Source: Heptranchias perlo (taxonomy: Eukaryota). Taken from it: a stretch of 64,000 nt of DNA. A model generated the notes under the pieces. It ran no database searches, was not told the DNA's origin, and was given only the letters and a program-made list of their open reading frames with translations. Below are positions 13,130 through 24,442 of the stretch, piece by piece (the first letter of the stretch is position 1; each line of letters opens with the position of its first letter). Both the position numbers and the translations under genes were made by a program. The stretch spans positions 5,084,001-5,148,000 of the forward strand of contig NC_090340.1 of assembly GCF_035084215.1 (NCBI RefSeq), read 5' to 3'.

Positions 13130-13525
13130 TTGAAGCGAGATTTTTGTCTTTACCGTCTGGACTTTAAGCATCGTCAGGGCTAAGCACAGAAAGGAAAATC
13201 TGGCGGAGCCGATGCTGACAAGAGTACCATAAGCATTTCCTCACCATTGAAGTGAATGCAAAAAATATCCCGCACGCGCAACGATCCACCCCACCAGATT
13301 TCCCTTCCTGCGCTCCGCCCAAGCGATACTTAGGCAGTTAGGACGAAAATCTGCCCCCAAGATTCGGTGGAGCTACCGCCGGTCTCTCGCCATCACTTTG
13401 CTGGGTGATTACCGGAAGCCCCGGAGAAACCGTGTAATAAGCTGAAAACGTCCCTTAATTCCGTTCTCTGGCAGTTCCACGGGTATCCCGCCGAAGTGAC
13501 GGAAATCTCGTGAAATTTCTACGTC
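13130..13525. mobile_element. Further degenerate MITE-like palindromes
   Basis: gatttttgtctttaccgtct...aggcagttaggacgaaaatctgcccc with central ccattgaagtgaatg; second palindrome at 13361-13525. Confidence 0.5.
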
Positions 13526-13949
13526 AAGAAAATAAAGAAAATTAAGGGTTCAAAGTTCATTCCTGTAGTTCATTGATAGGCATAATCTGATTGAAATAAC
13601 CTGCAGCTGGCTAGGTTTGTAGACTTGAAGTTTCACTTTTGTGGCAACATAAACTAGCAAACCAATTTAGATCCTTCATGAAATTGATGTTTATACATAA
13701 GTGGAAACTGTTCGTAATTATTATACAATGAATAGAATTTAATTAACACAGGGAGACTTAGAAATGGATCTGAGGGTAACTTTCAGTAGTCAGGTCACTT
13801 TCAATATCCAGACAAATAAACAGCGAAAATAATTCTGGATTCAATAATCAGAACATGGAATGCAAGAGGTTGTATTAAAGCTTTAAAGTGAACTTCTGGA
13901 CTACACTTGGAATCCTACTTTCGGATTTCAATTCATCCACAATGCCACA

Positions 13950-14055
13950 TGTCTACATGTATGTCTATATCTACTACATTTTTATCAATTTATATCTATA
14001 TCTATTTATTTATGTATATTTATATATGTTTCTTTCTATATCTATGTCCATATCT
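13950..14055. repeat. AT-rich low-complexity (TA/TATC) tract
   Basis: tatatctatatctatttatttatgtatatttatatatg. Confidence 0.7.
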
Positions 14056-14149
14056 CACTTTCTGTGTAAGATCGACCCTGATTATTCAAACGCGGAGATG
14101 ACGTAGGACCAGGGAATCAAGTGGAGAACAAAGAATTGCAAAGAATTCC

Positions 14150-17100
14150 AAAGAATGTACAGCACAGGAACAGGCCATTCGGCCCCACAGGTCCATGCCC
14201 GTGTTTATGCTCCACTTGAGACCCCTCCCACCTTTCTCATCTAATCCTATCAACCCTTCTATTCTCTTCTCCCTCATTTGTTTCTCTAGCTTCATCTTAA
14301 ATCCATCTATGCTTGTCGCCTCAACTATTCCTTGTGGTAGCAAATTCCGCATTCTTACCATTCTCTTTGTGAAGAAGTTTCTGCTGATTTCCCTATTGGA
14401 TTTTTTGGTGACTAGCAAAATAACCTTGAGGACCTATCCATTAATGAGTGCCCTTTTCGAGTTTTTAAGTTACTCGTCAAGTAGTCATGACTATCCAAAC
14501 TGAAACCACAGGAATGGCTAGACCGTGAGCCCCGGATGTTACAAGGAAAAATACAAAAGAAGCAGAATTCATCTGCCATGGTACCGAGATACAGATCGGG
14601 TTAATTGATTATATCAATAGCTGCACGGGGGAAAACAGAAACAAAGACTAAACTAACATAAACTGCGAAGATCATAACATTGTCATGAATAACAACAACA
14701 AAATAGATTAACCGTTGGTCCAAGGAAGACCATAGGATAAAAGACCTGTCTTTATAAAATAATAAAACACAACCTACTGTAAATCAAGATACATAAAACT
14801 AAACTTAAAATAGGCCTTCGGGAAAACTAAAATGCATAAAACTAATAGTGACAGAAAGTTAAAACATGGAGTCGGATCCAAAATTGGCAATAACAAGGAG
14901 GGGAAAACCATAATGGACAAACCAACAATACGTAAGTTTGTCGTGACTGCACCAGCGTTATTCTTGGTGGGGTCCCTTGAATTGGGAAGTTGTTCGCTCC
15001 AATCTTCCCCGGTAGGAACTGTCCAGCGAATGATGGTCGATATGAAAACATTCCTCAAAGGTCTCAACGAGGCGGTAATAGCGGGACTGCAGGAGTCTGC
15101 CCAGGGTACGTTCCAGCTGATTACGTTTCGCTCGGGTCGCTGATTCCACAAGCGGGGATGTTGTTTCACTGGTCGTTCCCTTCCGGATTGGAGCAAACTC
15201 CCTGTTTTCCTCGTCCCCTTCTGAGGGTGGTGATCTCCTGACATCACCTATTCGTGTGTTCTTTGAACGGCCGTGAGATCGCACACGGTAAACGGCGGCA
15301 GTGAAACACACAAGAGTACCACGGTTGAGAGTTCTCTGAGCAGCCCATTTAGCCAATGTTTGTATGTTGTTGCCCGGCGGGACCACGAGGAGGCACGGCT
15401 CACTGCGACCGAGAACCCACAAGAAGGCCGCAGCCACGAAACTATGGCTCTCTTGGGAGACTAACGCCAAAAATAAATCCTAAGAGAGTCATAGTTAATC
15501 CCATATTGATGGCACCAAGTTATTGTCTCCCCCGCAAGTGGAAACATCTTGTCCATGTCTACCCCATCAAACCCTTTCATAATCTTAAAGGCCTCTATCA
15601 GGTCATCCGTCTCTCTTCTCTTTTCCAGAGAAAAGAGTCACAGCCGATTCAATCTTTCCTGATAAGTATAACATCTCATTCCGGTATCATCCTAGTAAAT
15701 CTTTTTCACCTTCTCCCGTGCCTCTATATCGTTTTTATAATATGTAGAACAGAACTGTTCGCAATATTCCAAGTGTGGTCTGACCGTGATTCTGTACAAG
15801 TTTTGCATAACTTCCCTGCTTTTCAATTCTATCCCTCTGGAAATGAACCCCAGTGCTTGGTTTGCTTTTTTATGGACTTATTAACCTGCATCGCTACTTT
15901 TAGTGATTTGTGTATCTGTACCCCTAAATCCCTCTGCTTCTCTACTCTGTTTTGACACTTATTTTCCAAGGAATATGTGGCCTCCTTATTATTCCTACCA
16001 AAATGTACCACCTCATATTTATCTATATTAAAATTCATTTTCCAATTACATGCCCATTCTGCAAGTTAACTTACGTCTTCCTGCATTTTGTCGGAGTCCT
16101 CCTCTGTAATAACTATACCGCACAATGTGATGTCGTCCACAAATTTTGAAATTGTACTTTCGATTCCCGAATCCAAATCGTTTATGTAAATGGTGAACAA
16201 CACTGGTCTCAGCAACGATCGTTGTGGAACACCGCTTCCCACCTTTTTGCCAGTTTGATTAACTACCTTTAACCCCCACTCTCTCCTTTCTGTTTGTAAC
16301 AAGCTTGCTATCGATTCTGCTACTTATCTCCTGACGCAACATGCACTGACCTTAGTCATGAGTTTACTATGTGGCACCTTATCGAAGGCCTTTTGTAAAT
16401 CCAAATCTATTACATCTACTACATTGCCCTTATCTACACTTTCTGTCGCTCCTTCAAATAATTCAATAATTTTGGTCAAGCATGACCTTCCCTTTTGGAA
16501 TCCGTGCTGACTATTCTTTATTGTCATTTTCAGTTTCTCGATGTTTCTCTATTACATCTTTGAGTAGGATTCCAATATCTTTCCGAATACTAACGTTAAG
16601 CTAATTGGTCTATAGTTCCCTGGACTTGTTTTATCTTCCTTTTTAAATATAGGGATCAGATTAGCTGTCCGCCAGTTCTCTGGCACTATTACTTTTTGTA
16701 ATGAATTTTTATATAGACACGTAAAAGTGCCTCTGCTATCTCTTCCTTAATTCTTTTAATATGCTTCTGGACCTGGGCATTTATCTTCTCTAAGATGGAT
16801 TACTTTATCAATTGCCTCCCCCTTTCTATCTTAAAGGTCTTTACATATTTTTTGATCTCTTCTTCTAAAGTCATGCCCACCATATTAGTCTCCCTGGTAA
16901 ATACTGAAGCAAAGTAATTAATTAATAATTCTGCCATTTCACTGTCGTTGCCTGTTAGTTTATCGTGTTTATCTATTAGTGGCCCGATCCCTAACCTGAT
17001 TTTGCTTTGATAGGAACATAGGAATATATGAACAGGAGTAGGCCATTCAGCCGCTCGAGCCTGCTCCGTCATTTGATAAGATCATGGCTGATCTGTGATC

Positions 17101-19420
17101 CAACTCCATATCCCTGCCTTTGACCCATATCCCTTAATACCTTTGGTTGCCAAAAAGCGATCTATCTCAGATTTAAATTTAGCAATTGAGCTAGCATCAA
17201 TTGCCGTTTGCGGAAGAAAGTTCCAAACTTCTACCACTCATTGTGTGTAGAAATGTTTTCTAATCTCACTCCTGAAAGGTCTGGCTCTAATTTTTAGACT
17301 GTGCCCCCGACTCCGAGAATCCCCAACCAGCGGAAATAGTTTCTCTCTATCCACCCTATCTGTTCCCCTTAATATCTTATAAACTTCGATCAGATCACCC
17401 CTTAACTTTCTAAACTCCAGAGAATACAACCCAATTTGTGTAATCTCTCCTCGTAACTTAACCCTTGAAGTCCGGGTATCATTCCAGTAAACTTATGCTG
17501 CACTCCCTCCAAGGCCAATATCTCCTTCCGAAGGTGCGGTGCCCAGAACTGCTCACAGTACTCCAGGCGCGGTCTAACCAGTTTTTTTTATAGCTGCAGC
17601 ATAATTTCTGCCCCCCTTGTACTCTAGTCCTTTAGATATAAATGCAAGTATTCCATTAGCCTTATTGATTATTTTCTGCAACTGTTCATGACACTTCAAT
17701 GATCTATGCACCTGAACCCCTAAGTCCGTTGGACATCCACTGTTTTTAACTTTTTACCATTTAGAAAGTACCCTGTTCTATCCTTTTTTGATCCAAAATG
17801 GATGACCTCACATTTGCCTACATTGAATTCCATTTGCCACAGTTTTGCCCATTCACCTAATCTATCAATATCCCTTTGTAATTTTGTGTTTTCATCTACA
17901 CAGCTTACAATGCCACCAATCTTTGTGTCATCGGCAAACTTAGATATGAGACTTTCTATGCCTTCATCTAAGTCGTTAATAAATATTGTGAATAATTGAG
18001 GCCCCAAGACAGATCCATGCGGGACTCCACTAGTCAAATCCTGCCAATGTGAGTACCTCCCCATTATCCCTACTCTCTGTCACCTTTCGCTCAGCCAACT
18101 TCCTAACCAAGTCCGAACTTTTCCCTCGATTCCATGGGCTTCTATCTTAGCTAACAGTCACTTATTTGGGACTTTATCAAATGCGTTCTGGAAGTCCATA
18201 TAAATATCATCCATTGACATTCCCCTGTCCACTACTTTAGTCACCTCTTCAAAAATGTAATTAGTTTTGTCAGGCACGACCTAACTTTCACATTTATTAT
18301 TTATGTGTCTGTAGAATAATTCGCTTTTTTTGATATTCCTTGATAATTTAATTTTGTGCTTTCTTTTTGCCTTCCTAATTGCTTTTATGACTTATTTCCT
18401 AACCCTTCTCTATTCCCTTTTGTCATCCTCTCGTTTGTTGTCTGCGTCTTTAGTGTATGCCTTTTTCTTCTGTTTCAATTTGGCCCTTATTTCTTTATTC
18501 ATCCATGGTGTGTCATTTCTGACTAGTTTTTTCTTGCTTTTCAGTGGGATATATTTCCCCTCGACTCTTGTGATCACCGTTTTAAACATTTCCCACTGCT
18601 GTTCTATTTCTTTCATTGTCAGTATTTTTTTCCAGTTTATTTTTCCAAGTTCCGTTCTCATCTCTTGAAAATCAACTTTTTCACCCAATTTATTACTTTT
18701 GCCTTTGTCTTACTTACATCCTTCTCAATCTTTACCTTAAACCTTTTTATGTTGTGATCACTATTGCCTAGATGTTCCTCTAAGCTTACTTTTCTTATTT
18801 GTTCTGGTTCATTTCCCATTACTAGATCCAGCAGTGCTTCCTCTCTTGTTGAGCTTTCTACACACTGAGTGAGAATCTGTCCTACACACATTGTAAAAAC
18901 TCTATTCCCTGTACCCCTTTTGTACCTCTTCTGGCCTACTCCTACTCCTATCTCTTATGGTCTCTTATGGACTTATGATCTCTTCTTGACAGTTTGTTGG
19001 GGATGGGTAAAATCTCCCATGATTATTATTCTATGTCCTTTACTCATTGCACATATTTGCCTACATATTTGTTCCTCTACCTCCTTGTTTCATTCACTTT
19101 TACATGTATTACTTTATCATTTTTCTTATTTATCACTCCCACTGTGTTGATTTCAGCTATTTTATTGTTTCCCGCCCCTCCCCCCCCCCCCCCATCGAGT
19201 TAAAGTCTTATTAACCACCCTATTTATCCTTTCCACTAGGACCTTGCTCCCAGCTGTTTCAGATGCAGCCCGTTCCAACTGTACAGCTCCTTCCTGTCAG
19301 TACTGGTGCCAGTGTCCCGTGAAAAAGAACCCGTCTTTCCCACTCTAATCCTTCAGCCACGAGTTTATTTCCTGATCTTGTCCCTATGCCATTTCGCCTC
19401 AATGCAGCGACTGAAGGGAA
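14150..19420 (-). mobile_element. Nested CR1 LINE fragments (older copy 14150-14415 plus 15495-17010 plus 18290-19420; second copy 17012-18290 inserted)
   Basis: QHGFQKGRSCLT, DLQKAFDKVPH, GVPHGSVLGP, FADDTK, RLRGDLIEVYKI, APE LLDLVMGNEP...SDHN. Confidence 0.9.
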
Positions 19421-19567
19421 TGCCGATTTCTTGCAGCATGTTTCCTCATGTTCTTAACATTGTAGCAAATTCGTCCACTCCACGATTTAAAAAATCGCGT
19501 CTGTGATCTGGGCACACGCGGGAAATGGAAATCGCTAACTTGGCACTGCGGGCCTGTGACTTTGTGC

Positions 19568-19915
19568 TTTTTTTTCAATTCATTCTGGAGATGCGCGCAT
19601 GCTGGCAAGGCTGGCATTTATTACCCATCCCTAGTTGCTTTGAGAAGTTAGTGGTGGGCTTGCTAGGGCACTTCAGAGGGCAGTTAAGTGTCAAACTCAC
19701 AGGTTTGGGACTGCAGTCACAAAGAGGTCATACTAGGTGAGTGCGGCAGGTTTCGTTCCCCGAAGGACATTAGTGAACCCGATGGGGATTTAAGACAATC
19801 CAATAGCTTCATGCTCACTCTTACTGGTACCAACTATATATACAGATTTTTAAAAACTTAATTCAAAATCTCAAACTGCAATGTAGGTTTTGAATTCGCA
19901 TTCTCTGAGTTTCGT
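19568..19915 (-). mobile_element. SINE-sized element: tRNA-like head and body of the 31662 LINE joined to that LINE's 3' tail
   Basis: Reverse complement contains ggttcactaatgtccttcggggaa...aactgccctctgaagtg followed directly by the cttctcaaagcaactagggatgggtaataaatgcc tail. Confidence 0.75.
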
Positions 19916-20319
19916 TCAGAGTTATTTAATGGACACAAAATCATGCACTGCGGTTGTACAATTGCGCAATATATTGCCCGCTGTGTTCAGGAGACAACAG
20001 CAGATAATTTTTCTATTCACTACAGTTGATGTTAACTTTTAAGCTATATGTTGATGGTTACTTTAACTATATGTTGCTTCACAATCTGGAGGTGACAATT
20101 CGAAGTCGGGTGCCTCTGACTTACTGTCACAGATACCGACAAGTCTAATGTTTCTACGCCTGTTTGTTGCATAATTACTGGTATCACTGCACTATTTTTG
20201 TATAAATCTTTACAACGACAGAATAACGCGGGCAAATCATTTCAATGCTAGTTTTACGCTCGGTCTCTTTTCTATATATTTACATTAGAAATATATTAGA
20301 ATAGATTGTGGAAACATAC

Positions 20320-20363
20320 CGGCTGTTTGCAATGGTCTGAGCTTCCATCGTCGTTCTGCGCTC
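20320..20363 (-). CDS. IgSF receptor exon 5: short cytoplasmic exon (GAQNDDGSSDHCKQP)
   Basis: Acceptor TTACCAG, donor CCG|GTATGT; 44 nt converts phase 1 to phase 0, as needed to join exon 6. Confidence 0.7.
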
Positions 20364-20444
20364 CTGGTAATGAACGAATTTCAAGACTTTACAATGAAGC
20401 ATTTCATTTGCTTAGAAATACACTAAGCGGTGGACTTAATGTAA

Positions 20445-21345
20445 GAACATAAGAACATAAAACAGAAGAAATAGGAGCAGGTGTAGGCCATACGCCCTCG
20501 AGCCTACACCGCCATTCAATAAAATCAGAGCTGATCTTCGAACTCAACTCCACTTTCCCGCCTGATCCCCATATCCCTTAATTCCCATAGAGTCCAAAAA
20601 TCTATCGATCTCATTCTTGAATATACTCAACTACTGAGCATCCACAGCCTCCTGGGTTGGAGAATTCCAAATATGCACGACCTTCTGAGTGAAGAAATTC
20701 CTCCTCATTTCAGTCTGGGACTTGATGGTTTGACTTATAGGGAGAGGTTAGATGGACTGGGACTTTTTCCCCTGGAGAGTAGGAGGTTAAGGGGTGATCT
20801 TATAGAAGTCTATAAAATAATGAGGGGCATAGATCAGGTAGATAGTCAAATTTTTTTCCCAAAGGTAGTGGAGTCTATAACGAGGGGACATAGATTTAAG
20901 GTGAGAGGGGAGAGATAAAAAAGGGTCCAGAGGGGCAATTTTTTCACTTAAAGGGTGGTGAGTGTCTGGAACGAGCTGCCAGAGGCAGTAGTAGAGGCGG
21001 GTACAATTTTGTCTTTTAAAAAGCATTTGGACAGTTACATGGGTAAGATGGGTATAGAGGGATATGGGCCAAATGCAGTCAATTGGGACGAGCTTAGTGG
21101 TATAAACTGGGCGACATGAACATGTTGGGCCGAAGGGCCTGTTTCCATGTTGTAACTTCTATGATTCTATGATTCGAAATGGTCGACCCCTTACCCTGAG
21201 ACTGTGCCCCCTAGTTTTAGACTCTCCAGTCAGGGGAAATAGCGTCTCAGCATCTATCCTCTCAAGGCCTCTCAGAATCTTATCTTTCAATGAGATCACC
21301 TCTCATTGTTCTAAACACCAGAGAGTATAGGCTCATTCTACTCAA
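20445..21345. mobile_element. CR1 3' fragment (-) interrupted by another CR1 3' end (+, 20716-21175)
   Basis: aagaacataagaacata tail; LGLFPLESRRLRGDLIEVYKIMRG; ttctatgattctatg tail. Confidence 0.9.
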
Positions 21346-21927
21346 TGTAAAATATTACATGATCTTGGTATCATATTTAAGGAATTGCTTAGATTCTGAC
21401 CTGTGATTAACAATAGGGACGGCATTGATTATCTACCGACGGGGTCTTGCACGCAGCAGCAGGATGATTGGAAAATCCCAGGAACACTGCCCACAATTCC
21501 ATGTCCATTGTCCTGAATGGATGGAAAGTCGCAGGCGATGAAAGATTGTTTTCCAATACAGATCCCGCTGAGTGCCAGTCTCAGCTGATGGCTGGGGGGT
21601 GCTGGGAAATTCCGCTGCATTTTACGCAGCATGTAAGAAATTCGAATCTACCTCCACACCAGTAGTGATAAAAATCATAGTACACAAATTAGTTGTTGAA
21701 ATTTGTATAAATGAAACAGACTGTGGTGAAAGTGAAGGGTCCCTTATACTTTTCAACCTAAGGGAAATCGATAATCACCAACAGTTCCAGTTCCTGTGTG
21801 ACAGCGTAACTGCACTTTGACCGTTAAGTTACAATCAACTCCTTTTCTATCTACATGTAACAGGAACTTCCCGCTCTCTCTTCGTAAGTTGTGTTTACAT
21901 TAATAAAAATACTAAATGATTACTTAC

Positions 21928-22038
21928 CTTTATTCTTCTTTGAGAGACATCGCTTCCCGATGATGAGAACTAATACCGCGAATACCAACCCGACCCCTGA
22001 ACATGCAGAAATCAGCAAGTAACGGGTGATCTCACCAC
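21928..22038 (-). CDS. IgSF receptor exon 4: transmembrane segment (YLLISACSGVGLVFAVLVLIIG then KRCLSKKNK)
   Basis: Acceptor CTGTTAG, donor AAAG|GTAAGT, 111 nt, phase 1/1; 22-aa uncharged hydrophobic stretch followed by basic stop-transfer residues. Confidence 0.9.
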
Positions 22039-22657
22039 CTAACAGATTTAGATGAAATATATAAATATGAAGTAGTACACTATTCAATTCAACAAGATCA
22101 TGACTTAAAAGATCGGAAATATTTTAATCAATTGTTGCTATTTTAGTACTTTTTATTTAAAGTATAGTTTTATGAAACAAAATAAAACATGAGCTATGTT
22201 TAATTTTTCATGCTTGTGAAATAAGTTATATTTACATTGTGTTGCTTTATACTCAAATCTGATTGCAATAAGACTTCGATATAAGTGTGATAATGATTAA
22301 TTTTTTACTTTATAAGAAGCTAACAACTGTTGCTAAAATTACAGATGTCTGCAGGTTGCGAGCACGGTTTAAGTGATGCAGGAAACAGCGGTCCAGCTCC
22401 GATGCGTTGCGACTTGGGGAACGGCAGGATACGGCTTGCATCCCGATATTGTCACAAGCGTCAGTTCCATATCTCGACCGTGACTCCCACTGGGGCAGGT
22501 GATGTTGAACTGCTGTTGCAGAGGCTTTGGAGCAGTACACCTGGCATAAATCCACAGATTTGATGATGGAGGTGGGGCCGGGTCTGGAGGGAGGGGGGTG
22601 GGGAGCGATCACAGTAATCGATTCTATTTGCAGGATAACTGAGATCTGCTATCTAAC

Positions 22658-22963
22658 CTATAGGGGAGGTGACAATGTGAGTGGCCGTGGCTGGAATTTG
22701 GAATGTAACGTGAGATACCAGCCAGGTATAAACAGTCCCGGTTGGAACAGGCGTATCATCCAAACGGCTGGAAGCTTCATATAGTCCATCGGTGTTGAGT
22801 TGTATAACGTTACTTATCTCTGTTGTAGTTTTGGTGCCATCTTTATACCAAGTGAAGGTGATATTCTCTGGGTAAAACGGAGATGTCGCGCACACAACTG
22901 TCAGAGACGCAGATGAATCCTTTTCATGTTCTTGAGAGGTAATTTTCAGCGGAGTTGGCGGAA
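22658..22963 (-). CDS. IgSF receptor exon 3: C1-set Ig domain (second canonical Cys replaced by Trp)
   Basis: Acceptor TTTTTCTAG, donor ATAG|GTTAGA, 306 nt, phase 1/1. C1 motifs [35 protein letters not shown] and YTWLVSH. Confidence 0.93.
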
Positions 22964-23895
22964 CTAGAAAAATTGAGGAAAGCAATCTTACTCGGGCATC
23001 AGTCAAGGTCATCAACAGTCGCTTTGTTTCGTCCGAATCCGGACAGCACGATGAGGGGAGATATTCACTGTGCGCTGTCGGTCGCGACATCGTAAACGGC
23101 ATCTTCGTAAATGTTCACATTATCTCGGGGGTAATTTTATCTTTTATCCCCGGGCGATAAACGGGTGACGGCTGATTGGAAAGAAAATCGAGCGGGATGT
23201 AAATCGGGCGGCCGATTCACTATCGCCTGTTTTGCGGTACCGCTGCCGACCAATTCCACCCCTTTAAGTATAGCAACTGATGATAAAGTACAAATTTCCC
23301 CAACGCGAGGGACTTTGACGCAAAGTTTCTAGATGATATCCTATTTACTGGAGGCTAATAAGATTATGAAAATATGGCGTGCGTGGCTCAAGTTACTGAG
23401 TGCGGACTTTAACTGTTAGTCACACCCGGCTTTCAACGATCTTAGCATATAGACCATTAAGTTACAAATGAGCGAATCTGAATATCTGAATTCTAATAGA
23501 AACGGTCAGCCCTCCCGAACCAATACAGACAAAATAAACCATGGAACTGGTTAAGATTTTGCTTACTTTGGCAGATCCGCGTTAGTATCCAGTGCTGTCG
23601 AGATATACATATCCTTAACGGATACTGCAATTTTAACTTAACATGCGTGTTGTATAAACGCTGACTGTGTATGTTTGGGCTAAAATTACGAACAGATAAC
23701 TCTTGTTGATTAATATTGCTGAAATAGTGTAATACCCATTAGCATGTAACGTGTAGCAGCCTACATGCAATTTGAATTTATAAATACAAAACGATTGGAA
23801 TTTAAGTTGCAATGTGAATCCTTCAAAGCACACCAGAGAAATGATTCGAATATTACAGTCACAGAAATCGCATTCGTCGCTATTTTCATACTTAC

Positions 23896-24216
23896 CCCAT
23901 ACTGCTAAATAGGATCCAGTTCCCTTTCCAGCTATTCTCCCTTGATGGGCGACAGTGCAATAATACAATCCCGAGTCCTTTACAGTCACATTGATTAACC
24001 GAAGGAAGCCGCTGAATTTAGTTTTGAAGCCAGTTACTTTTCTCTCATCAGGTCCTGTGCTGAGATATTTATTACCACCCTGTTTCCACCAGTGCACGTT
24101 CACACGTGGGCCGTCTTGAAAAAAGGGAATCGAGCAATGAAAGGAGACGCTTGTACCCAAGATTGCGCTCGCGTTTCCAGGGAGTTGAGTCACTTTGACC
24201 GAAGTATCGCCGGAGT
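23896..24216 (-). CDS. IgSF receptor exon 2: V-set domain with germline-joined J-like G strand
   Basis: Acceptor TTTCTTTTCCGATAG, donor TGGG|GTAAGT, 321 nt, phase 1/1. Translation VKVTQ...SFHC...VHWWKQ...LRLINVTVKDSGLYYC...GKGTGSYLAV has the canonical V-set Cys, Trp, DxGxYxC and a GxG motif. Confidence 0.95.
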
Positions 24217-24387
24217 CTATCGGAAAAGAAAATCAAAAACGAATTAGTGAGATTGTGTTACAGGAGAAAAAGCGGGAGGGTAAGGGAGTCAGGCAAAGAG
24301 TCCAAACGACAGTGATACATTTATATGAAAGTAAAGTATTTACTTGCGCGTTTTAGCCGATACGCGGGATAAATAAGAAATAGGTAC

Positions 24388-24442
24388 CTATGGAAATGAT
24401 TCCCAGAACAGAGATGCAATGAAGTACAACGCTCGTCAACAT
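24388..24442 (-). CDS. IgSF receptor exon 1: signal peptide (MLTSVVLHCISVLGIISI)
   Basis: ATG at 24442-24440; hydrophobic 18-aa leader; phase-1 donor ATAG|GTACCT at 24387, in phase with the V exon acceptor. Confidence 0.8.

Noticed and set aside
20044-20235. Possible extra cytoplasmic exons just after exon 5
   Set aside because: Candidate AG/GT pairs give phase conflicts or early stops and no clear motif; exons 6-7 complete the protein without them.
23633-23895. C-terminal extension of ORF 23633-24193
   Set aside because: Intron read-through past the strong GGTAAGT donor.
23896-24216. V exon as a rearranging Ig/TCR V segment
   Set aside because: V and J-like strands share one exon ending in a splice donor; no heptamer/nonamer RSS seen; the tail has ITIM-type motifs and the TM is uncharged.
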